From assembly GCA_964016885.1 (NCBI GenBank), contig OZ024740.1:72478001-72542000 (forward strand): a DNA stretch of 64,000 nucleotides, given 5' to 3'. A model generated the notes under the pieces. It was given only the letters and a program-made list of their open reading frames with translations. It made no database searches and was not told the origin of the DNA. Position 1 is the stretch's first letter, and each line of letters begins with the position of its first letter. Below, piece after piece: positions 24,851 to 38,329 of the stretch. A program made the translations under genes and the position numbers. The DNA comes from Eledone cirrhosa (lineage: Eukaryota).

Positions 24851-25269
24851 CATGAAAACACTTTCCTCTTTGGTCAAGTCCTCATAATCATTTTGAAGTT
24901 TCACTTGAAAAGGAAATTGAGTGTGGAGAGAGAAAGGCTGCCTCCAGAAAATTTGTTAGTGATTTGTGTAACTGTGGCTTTTTTGTGAGGTTTTCCATGA
25001 GTGGCTCTGACAAGTCTCCTCTATATTGGAAAATTTTTCTTTGTTTGAATTTTTTTACCTTTTTCTTAATTTTACATATTTCTATAAACCTTATTGTATT
25101 GTACCATCCTCAATGTGCTTTTTGTAAACCCTTTATATTTAATAAATCATCATTAACTGCAACAACTTCCTTTGAATTCTACTTCAACCTGATACCTGAG
25201 GCAAAACTTGGTAATACACACATTTAACAATAATTGTCATACAAATGATACCATAAAGGCATATTATTA

Positions 25270-25470
25270 TGGTGTATTGGTAGAGGGTTGGACGCCATGC
25301 TTTGCAGCAACGAGTTACGGCCCTTTATGGTCTGAGTTTAAATCCCGCTGAGGTTAACTTTGCCTTTCATCCTTATGGGGTCGATAAAATAAAGTACCAG
25401 CGGTACACTGGGATAATTGCTGGCCTTGTGCCAAAAGTAGAAACAATTATTATTATTATTATTATTATTT
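25270..25470 (+). mobile_element. SINE family B
   Basis: Similar to 11104-11335 with ATT tail. Confidence 0.85.
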
Positions 25471-25540
25471 GTAGGCTTGTGTCAATGTAAAGCATACTTT
25501 TCCTCCTATAATTTAATGACTAATCTGTTTTTTCTTTCAG

Positions 25541-25667
25541 GTGGGACGGTAAGAAAATGAACATACCTCACCGAATCCTGACACCTGAGGACAGCAAGAG
25601 CTTCACTAAAACTATGGAGAGTGATAGCAGTGGAGACTATAATACACCTCAATCTTCATTTGCAGAT
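25541..25667 (+). CDS. RALGPS: RalGPS-like RasGEF, N-terminal exon (WDGKKMNIPHR...QSSFAD)
   Basis: Polypyrimidine-CAG acceptor, GTAAGT donor, open frame, phase-0 join to the next exon. In-frame ATG at 25557. Not in the conserved domain. Confidence 0.72.
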
Positions 25668-26199
25668 GTAAGTTTTTCATATTTCAGAAAAATGTTCAAC
25701 TCTTTCGATACCAAACTGTCTGAAACTATAAAATACACCCAGTACATTCTGTAAAGTAGTTGGTATTAAGAAAAACCATGTCCAAAATACACCCAGTACA
25801 CTCTGTAAAAGTAGTTGGTATTAGAAAAGGGGTATCTAGCCATAGAAACTATGTCCAAAATGGAATGTACAAATGAGATGTGGTTCCACAACCCATGTCA
25901 GGAGTTAGAACTCTAAATAAGAACTAATATAGGCCAATTACCCCATCTAACTGATGTCAGCTTGGAAAGCTGGCATAAATGGATGATAGATTTTATTTAA
26001 TTATTTGATAACTGGATTATCTTGTATACCATTTAGGGTTTAAATTTAATGAGATTAGCCCTTATATTTTTTGTAATAAGGGCTTATTTTGTCAAAGATA
26101 GCCTAATATCAGATGTACAGGGAAAGAAAATATGTATGGAATTAAGAATTAGTATATTTATTTGAGGGTTGATTGAATTCAGTACTTGGTTTGTGTATT

Positions 26200-27670
26200 T
26201 ATCTCATTTCCGACATCATCATCATCACCACCACCACACCTTTCCCCACTGCCATCATCACATTCTCGCCCCCGCCACCTCCATCATCACATCATCACAT
26301 TCTCGCCCTCCGCCACCTCCATCATCACATTCTCGCCCTCCGCCACCTCCATCATCACATTCTCACTCCTGCCACCTCCATCATCCTCTATCACCACCAC
26401 CATCACCACCATCATCCTCTATCACCATCACCACCATCATCCTCTATCACCATCACCACCATCATCCTCTATCACCACCACCACCACCATCATCCTCTAT
26501 CACCACCACCACCACCACCACCATCATCCTCTATCACCACCACCATCATCCTCTATCACCACCACCACCATCATCCTCTATCACCACCACCATCCTCTAT
26601 CACCACCACCACCATCATCCTCTATCACCACCACCACCACCATCATCCTCTATCACCACTACCACCATCATCCTCTATCACCACCACCACCATCATCCTC
26701 TATCACCACCACCACCATCATCCTCTATCACCACCACCACCATCATCCTCTATCACCACCACCACCATCATCCTCTATCACCACCACCACCATCATCCTC
26801 TATCACCACCACCATCCTCTATCACCACCACCACCATCATCCTCTATCACCACCACCACCACCACCATCATCCTCTATCACCACCACCACCATCATCCTC
26901 TATCACCACCACCACCATCATCCTCTATCACCACCACCACCATCATCCTCTATCACCACCACCACCACCACCATCATCCTCTATCACCACCACCACCATC
27001 ATCCTCTATCACCACCACCACCATCATCCTCTATCACCACCACCACCATCATCCTCTATCACCACCACCACCATCATCCTCTATCACCACCACCACCATC
27101 ATCCTCTATCACCACCACCACCATCATCCTCTATCACCACCACCACCACCACCATCATCCTCTATCACCACCACCACCATCATCCTCTATCACCACCACC
27201 ACCACCACCATCATCCTCTATCATCACCACCACCACCACCATCATCCTCTATCACCACCACCACCATCATCCTCTATCACCACCACCACCACCATCATGC
27301 TCTATCACCACCACCACCACCATCATGCTCTATCACCACCACCACCACCATCATCCTCTATCACCACCACCACCACCATCATCCTCTATCACCACCACCA
27401 CCACCATCATCCTCTATCACCACCACCACCACCATCATCCTCTATCACCACCACCACCATCATCCTCTATCACCACCACCACCATCATCCTCTATCACCA
27501 CCACCACCATAAACCTCTCTCTACCAGTCATTAGACCCTCATCACCACCACTACCACTACCACTACTCCACTGTCACCATCATCACCACTACCACTACCA
27601 CCACCCCACTGTCACCATCATCACCACTACCACCAGCCCCATTGTCACCACTATCATCACCCCACCATCA
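26200..27670. repeat. CAC/CAT-based minisatellite (CATCATCCTCTAT(CAC)n)
   Basis: Variable ~22-37 bp units; source of the poly-H/P/T ORFs. Confidence 0.95.
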
Positions 27671-28447
27671 TCTGATTATAACTATTTAAAATATAGAATA
27701 TTTGTATAGTTGGTTTTAATAGCTGCATTGTAGTTGGGGGTGATGGTGGTGGTGGGGTGATGGTGGTGGTGGGGTAGTGGTGATGATGGTGGTGGGGTGG
27801 TGGTAGTGGTGGTGGTGGTGACTCTTTCATTGATGTGTATTCAGGTTGAGCAATTGGTCATCCAATTTAGAATTAATTTGTAAGTGGTTGAGTATTCCAC
27901 AGATATCTGTCTGTACCCATAACATTATTTCCAAGCCAAATCAGTATCATAGATGATAAAGCAGTTCATTTGACAGGCATTCAGTTTCTGTTTACTAGAT
28001 TTGGCTCACAAGGCTTGGGCTGACATGAGACTATGGTAAAGACACTTGTTCAAGATGCCATACCATGGAGTTGAATCAGTGATTTTCTGATTTTCAAGTG
28101 AACTCCTTAACCACTCAACCATGCGTTCATCCATAATTTTGTTTAATCAAGTTTGCCTAAATCACAAGTTGACAATGTATAGGAAAGTATTTACCTGATG
28201 TAATAGTTTTTTCATTAGGTGAAATAAGGTGGTGTTGAGTTATGTGAGGTATTTTTGCTAGCTGTGTAATTACTGCTGAATGAAATCAATAGCTGAACTG
28301 ATACAAGATAAACACATCTTTTCTGAAATATTGTGAAAAAGAGAAAGCATTGCATGTTTATCAGAATATAAATTACTAATACTTGCTATCCAATAACCTT
28401 TTTGATAGCAAATAACTTGAAATCATCTCTGGTTTTATGATATAAAG

Positions 28448-28640
28448 CTTCTTCTTCTTCTTCGCCCACTTATTCCTGGGAGGGTTGTAGGTGCAGAGTC
28501 CTCAAACACTACATCCAGTGGGTCCTGTCAGAAGAAACCGTCTCCAACTGATCCAGCTGGATCCCCAAGCGAGACCAGCCAAGCTCATGGATGTTATCCA
28601 ACCATCTTGCTCAGGGTCTACCACTAGATCTTCTACCTTT
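28448..28640 (-). mobile_element. RTE-like LINE 3' fragment with (GAA)n tail
   Basis: Reverse complement is similar to 39925-40090; GRRSSGRP..RW.DNI remnant. Confidence 0.65.
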
Positions 28641-28724
28641 TTATCTTAAATATGAATGTCTTGTACCATATAAAACCACAATAACAACACAAGGAAAGTT
28701 GATGATGATCATCTCCAGAATATA

Positions 28725-28900
28725 TTATCATCATCATCATTTAACGTCTCTTCCACGGTAGCATGGGTTAGATGGGAATTGTCTCACTTGAGGCAAAATT
28801 GAATGGGTGACCGTGTCTCACTTGTATAGGACTGTATCTGGCAGGTTTTCTCTGGCTGGATGCCCTTCCTAACACCAACCACATTTACAGTGTGGACTGG
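28725..28900 (-). mobile_element. 3' UTR module of the LINE-a family (truncated copy)
   Basis: Similar to 1519-1680 and 44590-44760. Confidence 0.75.
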
Positions 28901-28940
<40 letters not shown>

Positions 28941-28945
<5 letters not shown>

Positions 28946-29232
28946 GTAATGAGTTTTTCGAATAATAATAACATTTGATTCGTTCGCAATTATGCAAACA
29001 AGCCTCAATTTTATAGCCATGTCAGTAGAATGAACCCTTCATTTTTGCTCTTGTGTTGGCACGCGAACAGTTCTGTCCGCGAGCAAAAATGAAGGGTTCA
29101 TTCTACTGACATGGCTATAAAATTGAGGCTTGTTTGCATAATTGCAAACAAATCGAATGTTATTAATAATATTCGAAAAACTCGGGTTACATTTATTGTA
29201 TTCAGCCATGTAGAGCGAACATTTTCTTTTTT
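28941..29232. mobile_element. Palindromic MITE-like element in TA context
   Basis: Inverted arms of ~110 bp (28941-29050 / 29081-29195) around a 30-nt spacer; related copy at 42559-42815. Confidence 0.82.
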
Positions 29233-29534
29233 ATATATTATCTATATATATATATAATACTGTCCAACCCATGCATGGAAAAATAGGCTTAAAAGGACTA
29301 ATGTTAAATATCTAATTGAAATTTGACAGTATAGTACTCCTGACAGACATCGTCATCAGCAGCAGCACTTCCATCATGACCACTACCACAATTTTGATCA
29401 CCACCAGAGTCATGACCACCAGTCATGACCACCCACCACCACCACCTTTATCATGACTATCATCTATTATCATTACTGTTACAGTAATATAACAGCATCT
29501 TTCATTACTGTTATGTTAAATATAACAGTATCAA

Positions 29535-29739
29535 TCCTTTAGCATTTAAACCGGCCGTATCCAGCCAGAATTCTCTCACCTCTTTCTGCTCAAACCGCTG
29601 TAACTGGCAGCTCACAGTGATGTTCTCAAAATAAATATCAAAATCTTATAGATTTGATATTATGTGAGATAATTATGTGAAATCAAACCTTTATCGTGAA
29701 AATATAATAGTATATATAATGTAAATGCTAAAGGGTTAA
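29535..29739. mobile_element. piggyBac-type (TTAA) MITE
   Basis: TIRs CCTTTAGCATTTA...TAAATGCTAAAGGG followed by TTAA; copies at 36935-37131 and 53760-53935. Confidence 0.75.
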
Positions 29740-30118
29740 TCATTACTGTTAATATCTGTTAAATATAACAGCATTAATCATTACTGTTAGTACCTGTTAA
29801 ATATAACAGCATTAATCAGTACTGTTAATATATATTAAATATAACAGCATTAATCAGTACTGTTAATATATATTAAATATAACAGCATTAATCATTACTG
29901 TTAATATGTTAAATATAACACCATCTATCATTACTGTTAATGTTAAATATAACACCATCTATCATTACTGTTAATATGTTAAATATAACACCATCTATCA
30001 TTACTGTTAATGTTAAATATAACACCATCTATCATTACTGTTAATATGTTAAATATAACACCATCTATCATTACTGTTAATATCTGTTAAATATAATAGC
30101 ATTAATCATTACTGTTAT
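29740..30118. repeat. ~34-38 bp minisatellite ATCATTACTGTTAATATGTTAAATATAACASCAT
   Basis: About 10 copies; the same motif lies upstream of the MITE at 29470-29530. Confidence 0.85.
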
Positions 30119-30134
30119 ATCTGATAGATAAAAC

Positions 30135-30514
30135 TTTTTTTTTTCACGTCCACTTTTCTTTGCTTGCAAGGGTAGGACAGGAACTGATTCTGGCTTGATT
30201 TCTACAGCTGGATGCCCTTCCTAACACCAACCTCATTTACTGTGAGTGATGGGTGCTTTTTTTCTGTGGCGCCTACACGTCCACTTTACAGTGTGGGCTG
30301 CATACTTTTTTGTCGTGGCACCTCCACGTCCACTTTGCAGTGAAATGATAGGGACCCCAGTCCTATCATCTCATTTCTACAGCTGAGTAAACCGGAGCAA
30401 TGTGAAATAAAGTGTCTTGCTCAAGGAAACAACACATCACCCGGTTTGAGAATTGAACTCACAACCTTTTGATTGCAAGCCCAATGCTCTCACCACTAAG
30501 CCATGTGCCTCCAT
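30135..30514 (-). mobile_element. SINE family A, variant with two internal sub-repeats
   Basis: Reverse complement of 5795-6130 plus an extra ~45-bp unit. Confidence 0.9.
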
Positions 30515-30521
30515 GTTCAAG

Positions 30522-30755
30522 TTGTGTAGCTTAGTGGTTAGGATGTTGGACTAATGATCATAAGGTTAGGGGTTCAATTGCTGGACCAGATGTCACATTG
30601 TGTCAATGAGCAAGGCACTTCATTTCTCATTGTTCCAGTTCACTCTGTTGGAAATGAGTACCAGTGTTAAGTGAGGGTTAGCCATGCAATGGATTAGGTA
30701 CTCTGTCATTTAACTCATGCTAGCCTGGAAAATTGATGTTAAACGATGATGATGA
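30522..30755 (+). mobile_element. Older CORE-like SINE, head-to-head with the preceding copy
   Basis: TAGCTTAGTGGTTAGG A-box, GGTTCAATT B-box, TGAGCAAGGCACTT, GATGATGAT tail. Confidence 0.7.
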
Positions 30756-31122
30756 AACTGGAATAAACTCTGGACGTCGTCCAAGCTGTGCAAGCAATGG
30801 AAAAAATTGACATAGAAAGTTATCTCTAACAGGATTATAAGATATTATCTTATGTTTGCTCCTCCATCACATGCTCATCCCCAACCTTTGCTTCCCCAGA
30901 GCAGTTTTATTATTCTTTCCTCTATAGTGTATCACTATTTCTATTCTGTTTAATCTAGTTTCATGTATGTGTATCTATATATTTTCCTATATAATCTATC
31001 ACTATTTTTAATCTTTTTAATCTATATTTTCATGTGTATGTTTCTATATATTTTCTTATATATTGTATCACTATTTCCAATCTTTTTAATCGGTATTTTC
31101 ATGTTTATCTGTATATTAATAG

Positions 31123-31236
31123 GGTGTTAGTCATGGCAGTCAAGAGTCCTTGGAAAAACGATCTAGTCTCACCCGCATGAAAAGCTATGATGCAGTTGTA
31201 TTTGATGTATTACGTGTACTACCAGAAGACTTTGCA
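31123..31236 (+). CDS. RALGPS: RalGPS exon (GVSHGS...KSYDAVVFDVLRVLPEDFA)
   Basis: AG/GTAAGT boundaries, 114 nt. KSYDAVVFDVL matches vertebrate RalGPS1/2 as recalled. Confidence 0.93.
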
Positions 31237-33870
31237 GTAAGTCATACCTCTCCCATTTCTAATATACATTTAGATAGGGAATGATGTACTAAATGGCAGT
31301 TTATTGGTACTGACTTTAAACTTGTACAGAATGGTAATTTATTGGTACTGTCATATATGTATTGAATTGTAATTTGTTACTGTCTTTAACTATGTATTAA
31401 AGTCCAATGTGAGTTGAACTATATGTTGAATGTATGAAGTCTTTACAATAAAAATTAACCTCTGGTTTTATGAAACAAAACCTCCCATTTTAAAGGGTGT
31501 CTGTTTAAGTAAAATATTCCAACATAATTTTACATAAGAGACATATGTTAAGTTAGTAATGAAATAATAATTTTAGTAAATTCTCAATTCTTAATTAACT
31601 CTTAACATCTACCACATGACACCACATTAATAAGACATTCTTGAAAAATACAAAACAGCACCGACTGAAGCACGTTAAAAATCTGTCTTTATTGTCTATA
31701 TCTGTCTATACTGCAAAAACATTTTCTCAGTGATCTATCTATCAAAGTTACTAGAAACATTTGAATGAACAAACCCATAAGAGTTAATTGAAATAGTGCA
31801 TTTCATTAGAAATATGGTCATAAAATGGTTAAGAGTTTATTGAAAGAAACAGTATATATAGCAAGTTTGACTGAGCTCCTGCCTGGACCAAGGCAACCAT
31901 TCTCTTTATGCTTTTCAGTTCATCATTTTCAATTCCTGGATAGATTCCAGGCCAATATCCTCCTTCAGGTTGTCAATGTATGTGACATAGTGTCTACCAC
32001 ACCTTTTTGCCCATCAATGCTATCTTTAGTTCCTGGATAAATTCCATTGTCAATGTATCTAACAGTGTTTGCTACATTTTCCCACTCCTTGCTGTGGATC
32101 CCACTGGATCAGTCTTGATGCTTCCATTTTCTGGTTATTGTGCACAATATCTTTATATCTTCTATACATCACATAACCAAATCTGCACAACTTAACCACT
32201 TTATCCACAGCCTCAATTTCTCTACAACTCATCCACAGCTACAATTTCTATATAACAACTCAAATACAACATGATGGACTTTGGGTACACTTTCAGTTTA
32301 CCAACCATCATAATCATCACCATTTAACATCTATTTTCCATGCTAGCATGGGTTACACCAGTTGTCCCATTGTGAGACAAGTCAGATCAGGTGACTGTCT
32401 TTTGCTCATACCGAATTGTTTCTGGCTTGATTTCTATAGATGGATGTCCTTCCTAATGCCAACCACCTTACAGTGTGGACTGAGTACTTTTTATCATGGC
32501 ACCAAAATGACCATCTGACATATTGGACTGAATACTTTTTCATTGTGTCACTAGCACGACCACCTTACTTTTTGTCATGTCATCTCCTGAGGTTATAGTA
32601 AAAGACAGTTACCCTAACTTCCACATAATAATATCAAACCTGGAAACTATGTGGTTATGAAGTGAACTTCTATTTATTAGAAATTATGTGTTAGAGAAAA
32701 ACAGGTTAATGACAGGGATGTTTGTTAAATATTGCTACATTCTGTAATTGCTACATGGTTTTTTAATTTTTTTGTTTTAGAATAAGTACTCTATATCCTT
32801 ATAAACACAAACACACACACACATATATATATATTGTTGTAAGACACGACTAATATGGGTTGGTATCAGCAAGGGCATTCAACTGTAAAGTATTATCCTG
32901 TAAAGATCTAATAATGGGTATGAGGCTTGTCATAGGACCATTAAGGCTAATCCATGCTTTAGTAGGGGAAATGACCTGAAAATGCTTGATTTTGTTGTGT
33001 TGTATTGTTTTTGTGTTGAATTGTTGTTGTTGTATTGTTGTTGTTTTTGTGTTGTGTTTTTGTGTTGTGTTATGTTGTTGTTTTTGTGTTTTGTTGTATT
33101 GTTGTTGTTGTGTCGTCGTCGTCGTCGTCGTCGTCGTTGTTGTTCAATTTCTCCTCCAGTAATGTCTGTCAGTTATTTCAACTGTGTTTAAGGAAGCTAC
33201 ACAATGTGAACAGTTGATGTATTTATGTCAATTGCTCTAACATAGCTCAAACTATTATACTTTACATTTTCTATCTCACTAAATAACATAATTCAGCTCT
33301 AGTTAGAGTTCTGCAAAAGTACACTTCATTGAAGCTATCAGTCAATTGATCTATAAACAGTATTGATTGTTTTGGAATAATCATTGAACTCTTAAAGACA
33401 TGAAATCTTAGTCTAGTAGAAATTATGTCTTGAAAAACATCATCATCATCACCACCACCACCACCATTGTTATTGTCGTCCACCATCATCACCACTACCA
33501 ACACCACAACTGTCACTACCACTATCATCACCACCACCATCACTGTCATTATATAATATTTATTTTCCCATGGTAGAATGGACTGGATGGGATATCAGAG
33601 ACCCAGTCAATACTTAATGAGAGCTACTGTTCCCTGAGATGGGTCAGAGGCCACATCTTACTAACATACATTCCAGCTTGGGCATGATTACTACAGCTTA
33701 ATACCCTTTTTAACACCAAACACTTTACAGTGTAGTGAGTGCATTTTATTGTCGCACCAGCACAAGGGTGATTGTCAAGTCCTTTACGCAACTGAAGACC
33801 CCCCCCCCCCTCCCTCAACTCTTTGTTTGGCATAGTTTTTATAACAGGATGCCCTTTCTAACACCTGTTA

Positions 33871-36861
33871 TCTATATATATAAAACTGTGGTTGTCTGTC
33901 TGTCTATCGATTTTTGGCACACATCTCCTCTTAGAATCTCTCACGGAATTGCACCGAAATTGCTATACTTGTACATTGAGCCCTAGCGAAGACATTGGAA
34001 AAAAAAAAAATTTCAAATTGACCCACCCTATGTGACGAAATCGAATATAATGTATCGATTTTTGAGCGTAAGTTATCAGTTATTTCCCTTTGTTCTGTTT
34101 ACATTGAGCGTCTTACGTAAAAAATTACGCTGGCTTTAACAGTTGTCGAGCCAGCAAAATATTGACCTGCAAAATTCATCAGTTCGAACACTAAGCTTCC
34201 GTTTTGCTTCATTTCCATTTAAAAGCATTTTAAAACAATATTTTTACTTGAAAACAAGTCTATTTAAAGACTACGTAAAACAAGCAAATATTTCGTCGTT
34301 AGGCGTGCAGACAGACAGTCCTGCAGACAGACAGTCGTGCAGAGAGGTGATATAGGCGTGCAGACAGACAGTCGTGCAGAGAGGTGATATAGGCGTGCAG
34401 ACAGACAGTCGTGCAGAGAGGTGATATAGGCGTGCAGACAGACAGTCGTGCAGAGAGGTGATATAGGCGTGCAGACAGACAGTCGTGCAGAGAGGTGATA
34501 TAGGCGTGCAGACAGACAGTCGTGCAGAGAGGTGATATAGGCGTGCAGACACAGTCGTGCAGAGAGGTGATATAGGCGTGCAGACAGACATCTATATATA
34601 TATAAAACTGTGGTTGTCTGTCTGTCTATCGATTTTTGGCACACATCTCCTTTTAGAATCTCTCACGGAATTGCACCGAAATTGCTATACTTGTACATTA
34701 AGCCCTAGTGAAGACATCGGAAAAAAAAAAATTTCAAATTGACCCACCCTATGTGACGAAATCGAATATAATGTATCGATTTTTGAGCGTAAGTGATCAG
34801 TTATTTCCCTTTGTTCTGTTTACATTGAGCGTCTTACGTAAAAAATTACGCTGGCTTTCTCAGCGTTTAAAATGACATTAACACAATACACGAACAGACA
34901 GTTGTCGAGCCAGCAAAATATTGACCTGCAAAATTCATCAGTTCGAACACTAAGCTTCCGTTTTGCTTCATTTCCATTTAAAAGCATTTTAAAACAATAT
35001 TTTTACTTGAAAACAAGTCTATTTAAAGACTACGTAAAACAAGCAAATATTTCGTCGTTAGGCGTGCAGACAGACAGTCGTGCAGACAGACAGTCGTGCA
35101 GAGAGGTGATATACGCGTGCAGACACAGTCGTGCAGAGAGGTGATATAGGCGTGCAGAGAGGTGATATAGGCGTGCAGACAGACAGTCGTGCAGAGAGGT
35201 GATATAGGCATGCAGACAGACAGTCGTGCAGAGAGGTGATATAGTCGTGCAGAGAGACATCTATATATATATAAAACTGAGGTTGTCTGTCTGTCTATCG
35301 ATTTTTGGCACACATCTCCTCTTAGAATCTCTCACGGAATTGCACCGAAATTGCTATACTTGTACATTGAGCCCTAGCGAAGACATCGGAAAAAAAATAT
35401 TTCAAATTGACCCGCCCTATCTGACGAAATCGAATATAATGTATCGATTTTTGAGCGTAAGTGATCAGTTATTTCCCTTTGTTCTGTTTACATTGAGCGT
35501 CTGCGTGCAAAAATTAAAAAAATTACGCTGGCTTTCTCAGCGTTTAAAATGACAGGTTTTGTTTTTAGTCCTGCATATGTGTATACAATATATGTGTATA
35601 CAATATATCTATATATATAAAACTGAGGTTGTCTGTCTGTCTATCGATTTTTGGCACACATCTCCTCTTAGAATCTCACGGAATTGCACCGAAATTGCTA
35701 TACTTGTACATTGAGCCCTAGCGAAGACATCGGAAAAAAAATATTTCAAATTGACCCGCCCTATCTGACGAAATCGAATATAATGTATCGATTTTTGAGC
35801 GTAAGTGATCAGTTATTTCCCTTTGTTCTGTTTACATTGAGCGTCTGCATGCAAAAATTAAAAAAATTACGCTGGCTTTCTCAGCGTTTAAAATGACAGG
35901 TTTTGTTTTTAGTCCTGCATATGTGTATACAATATATGTGTATACAATCTATATATATAAAACTGTGGTTGTCTGTCTGTCTATCGATTTTTGGCACACA
36001 TCTCCTCTTAGAATCTCTCACGGAATTCCACCGAAATTGCTATACTTGTACATTGAGCCCTAGCGAAGACATCGGAAAAAAAAAATTTCAAATTGACCCA
36101 CCCTATGTGACGAAATCGAATATAATGTATCGATTTTTGAGCGTAAGTTATCAGTTATTTCCCTTTGTTCTGTTTACATTGAGCGTCTTACGTAAAAAAT
36201 TACGCTGGCTTTAACAGTTGTCGAGCCAGCAAAATATTGACCTGCAAAATTCATCAGTTCGAACACTAAGCTTCCGTTTTGCTTCATTTCCATTTAAAAG
36301 CATTTTAAAACAATATTTTTACTTGAAAACAAGTCTATTTAAAGACTACGTAAAACAAGCAAATATTTCGTCGTTAGGCGTGCAGACAGACAGTCGTGCA
36401 GACAGACAGTCGTGCAGAGAGGTGATATACGTGTGCAGACAGACAGTCGTGCAGAGAGGTGATATAGGCGTGCAGACAGACAGTCGTGCAGAGAGGTGAT
36501 ATAGGCGTGCAGACAGACAGTCGTGCAGAGAGGTGATATAGGCGTGCAGACAGACATAACTGATAATTTGGTTACGCTAATGTTTTTCTCTGCGTTGCAG
36601 TGTTTACATTTTCGATCTTTGTTAATAAATAACCAGTGCAGTTTCTATCCCCAGCATCCTCTTTTGTTATAACATTCAGGTTATCGTTATGTTTTCTTAA
36701 CTTCATAAGGCATAGTGTTGGTTGAGGGAATATTAATCAAAAACACCACATGCAAGTCTGCACAGTAGACACTACAGTTTTTAAGCCAAGAAAGAAACTT
36801 AACATTGTAACTTTAACACAGCTACTGAGCGACCCCGAGCAACGCCGGGCTTTACTGCTAG
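33871..36861 (+). mobile_element. Non-autonomous Helitron array: five 5' ends, one 3' end
   Basis: A|TC start at 33871; 3' GC hairpin CCCGAGCAACGCCGGG then CTAG|T at 36858-36862; no TSD; internal 37-bp minisatellite. Confidence 0.88.
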
Positions 36862-36934
36862 TATAAGTATAAATTAATAGTTAAGGTTTTGTATTTGATC
36901 AACTAGGAAGTTATATCAATTTTCCCCTCATTTG

Positions 36935-37131
36935 ACCCTTTAGCATTTAAACCGGCTATATCAGGCCAGCATTCTCTCACCTCTTTCTGTTCAAACTGGC
37001 TGTAACTGGCCACTCATACTGATGTTAAGGTATTGTTCTCAAAATAAATATCAAAATCTCATAGATTTGATATTGAGATATTTACTGTGAAAATATAATA
37101 GTAAATATAAAGTAATGTAAATGCTAAAGAG
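36935..37131. mobile_element. piggyBac-type MITE (family of 29535)
   Basis: CCCTTTAGCATTTA...TAAATGCTAAAGAG. Confidence 0.72.
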
Positions 37132-37412
37132 TGAAGCTCTTGGCCATTTTTTTTTTTCAAATTATACCCTTTGGACATCTCTTTTTTTTCAAATTATTCC
37201 CTTGGACATCTCTTTCTCATTCAGACTACACATATGGTCACCTATGCTTTGAAAGAAGAGAGGATTTCTTTGTTATCTAGGAGGAAGGCAACCTCTTTAG
37301 AATTGACACTGTGATAATACAAACAATTTCTAAACTTTGCCCAATTTCCTAGTAAACATATCAGTTTATCAACGTAGATGTCTTAATGTGATTCTTTTCT
37401 CTCCCTTTTCAG

Positions 37413-37463
37413 AGTCAAATAACTTTATTGGATTTACCTGTCTTTCAAGCAATACAACCTGAG
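37413..37463 (+). CDS. RALGPS: RalGPS exon (SQITLLDLPVFQAIQPE)
   Basis: Strong acceptor, GTAAGA donor, 51 nt, CDC25-domain motif. Confidence 0.93.
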
Positions 37464-38036
37464 GTAAGAAATAAAATTTATTTATTTTTTCATCTTCCAT
37501 TTTGTCTTGGATTAATATATTTTCCATCAAATTGTTGCAAGTTTTGATTATTGTTTGTACCTGGTTTAATTCCTAACATCCTGTACCACATAAAGCCACA
37601 TTAGCAAAACATTTTTTGTATTGTATAAATAAGGACTAGGACTGCTTCACATAAAAAAATTGAAGTGTTTAATTTTACTGCAATTTTCTCTAGGTTCTTT
37701 TTTTTTGTAATAAAGATACTATAAACATTTGAATTAACAAGCTCAATTTTAGATATTTTCTGCTAACTCATTACAGGGTGTTTAAAACAGCTATACTATA
37801 GCCCTCGTGTTGTAAGAGGCAGCTAAAAGGGTTGGTGCCAGGAAAAGCATCCACTGGTAAAAGGTTACTTTAACAGTGTCCCAAGATGAGTTTAAAGCTC
37901 GTCATGGTGTCCCCTACATTACTACCCCTTCCTATAGCTGGAAAAATGGTCTTAAAATGATTATTGCATTAAACTGTTAAAGGTTTTATTTTGTTTTTAG
38001 AAAATTAATGGCTTCTAATTTTGGTACAAGGATATC

Positions 38037-38080
<44 letters not shown>

Positions 38081-38329
38081 GAGGGAAGGGAATATTGATT
38101 AAATTGATCCCAGTACTTTATCTACCTTGGAAAAATGAAAAGCAAAGTTGATCTTGGTAGGATGTGAACTCAGTAACAAATGCTGTTAAACATTTGTCAG
38201 ACTAATTGACTCTGTCAGTCTACCACTGATCCTAGTTACAACGTGAATTAAAAAAAATTAAAATATTGTACTGATTCTACATGAACAGTACTTAATCTAA
38301 AGTTTAAAGACTGTCTCAAGCCTGGAGGC

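Noticed and set aside
26169-27709. Poly-His/Pro/Thr ORFs (extensin- or HRGP-like)
   Set aside because: Open in all three frames because of the CAC/CAT repeat; intronic, no splice support.
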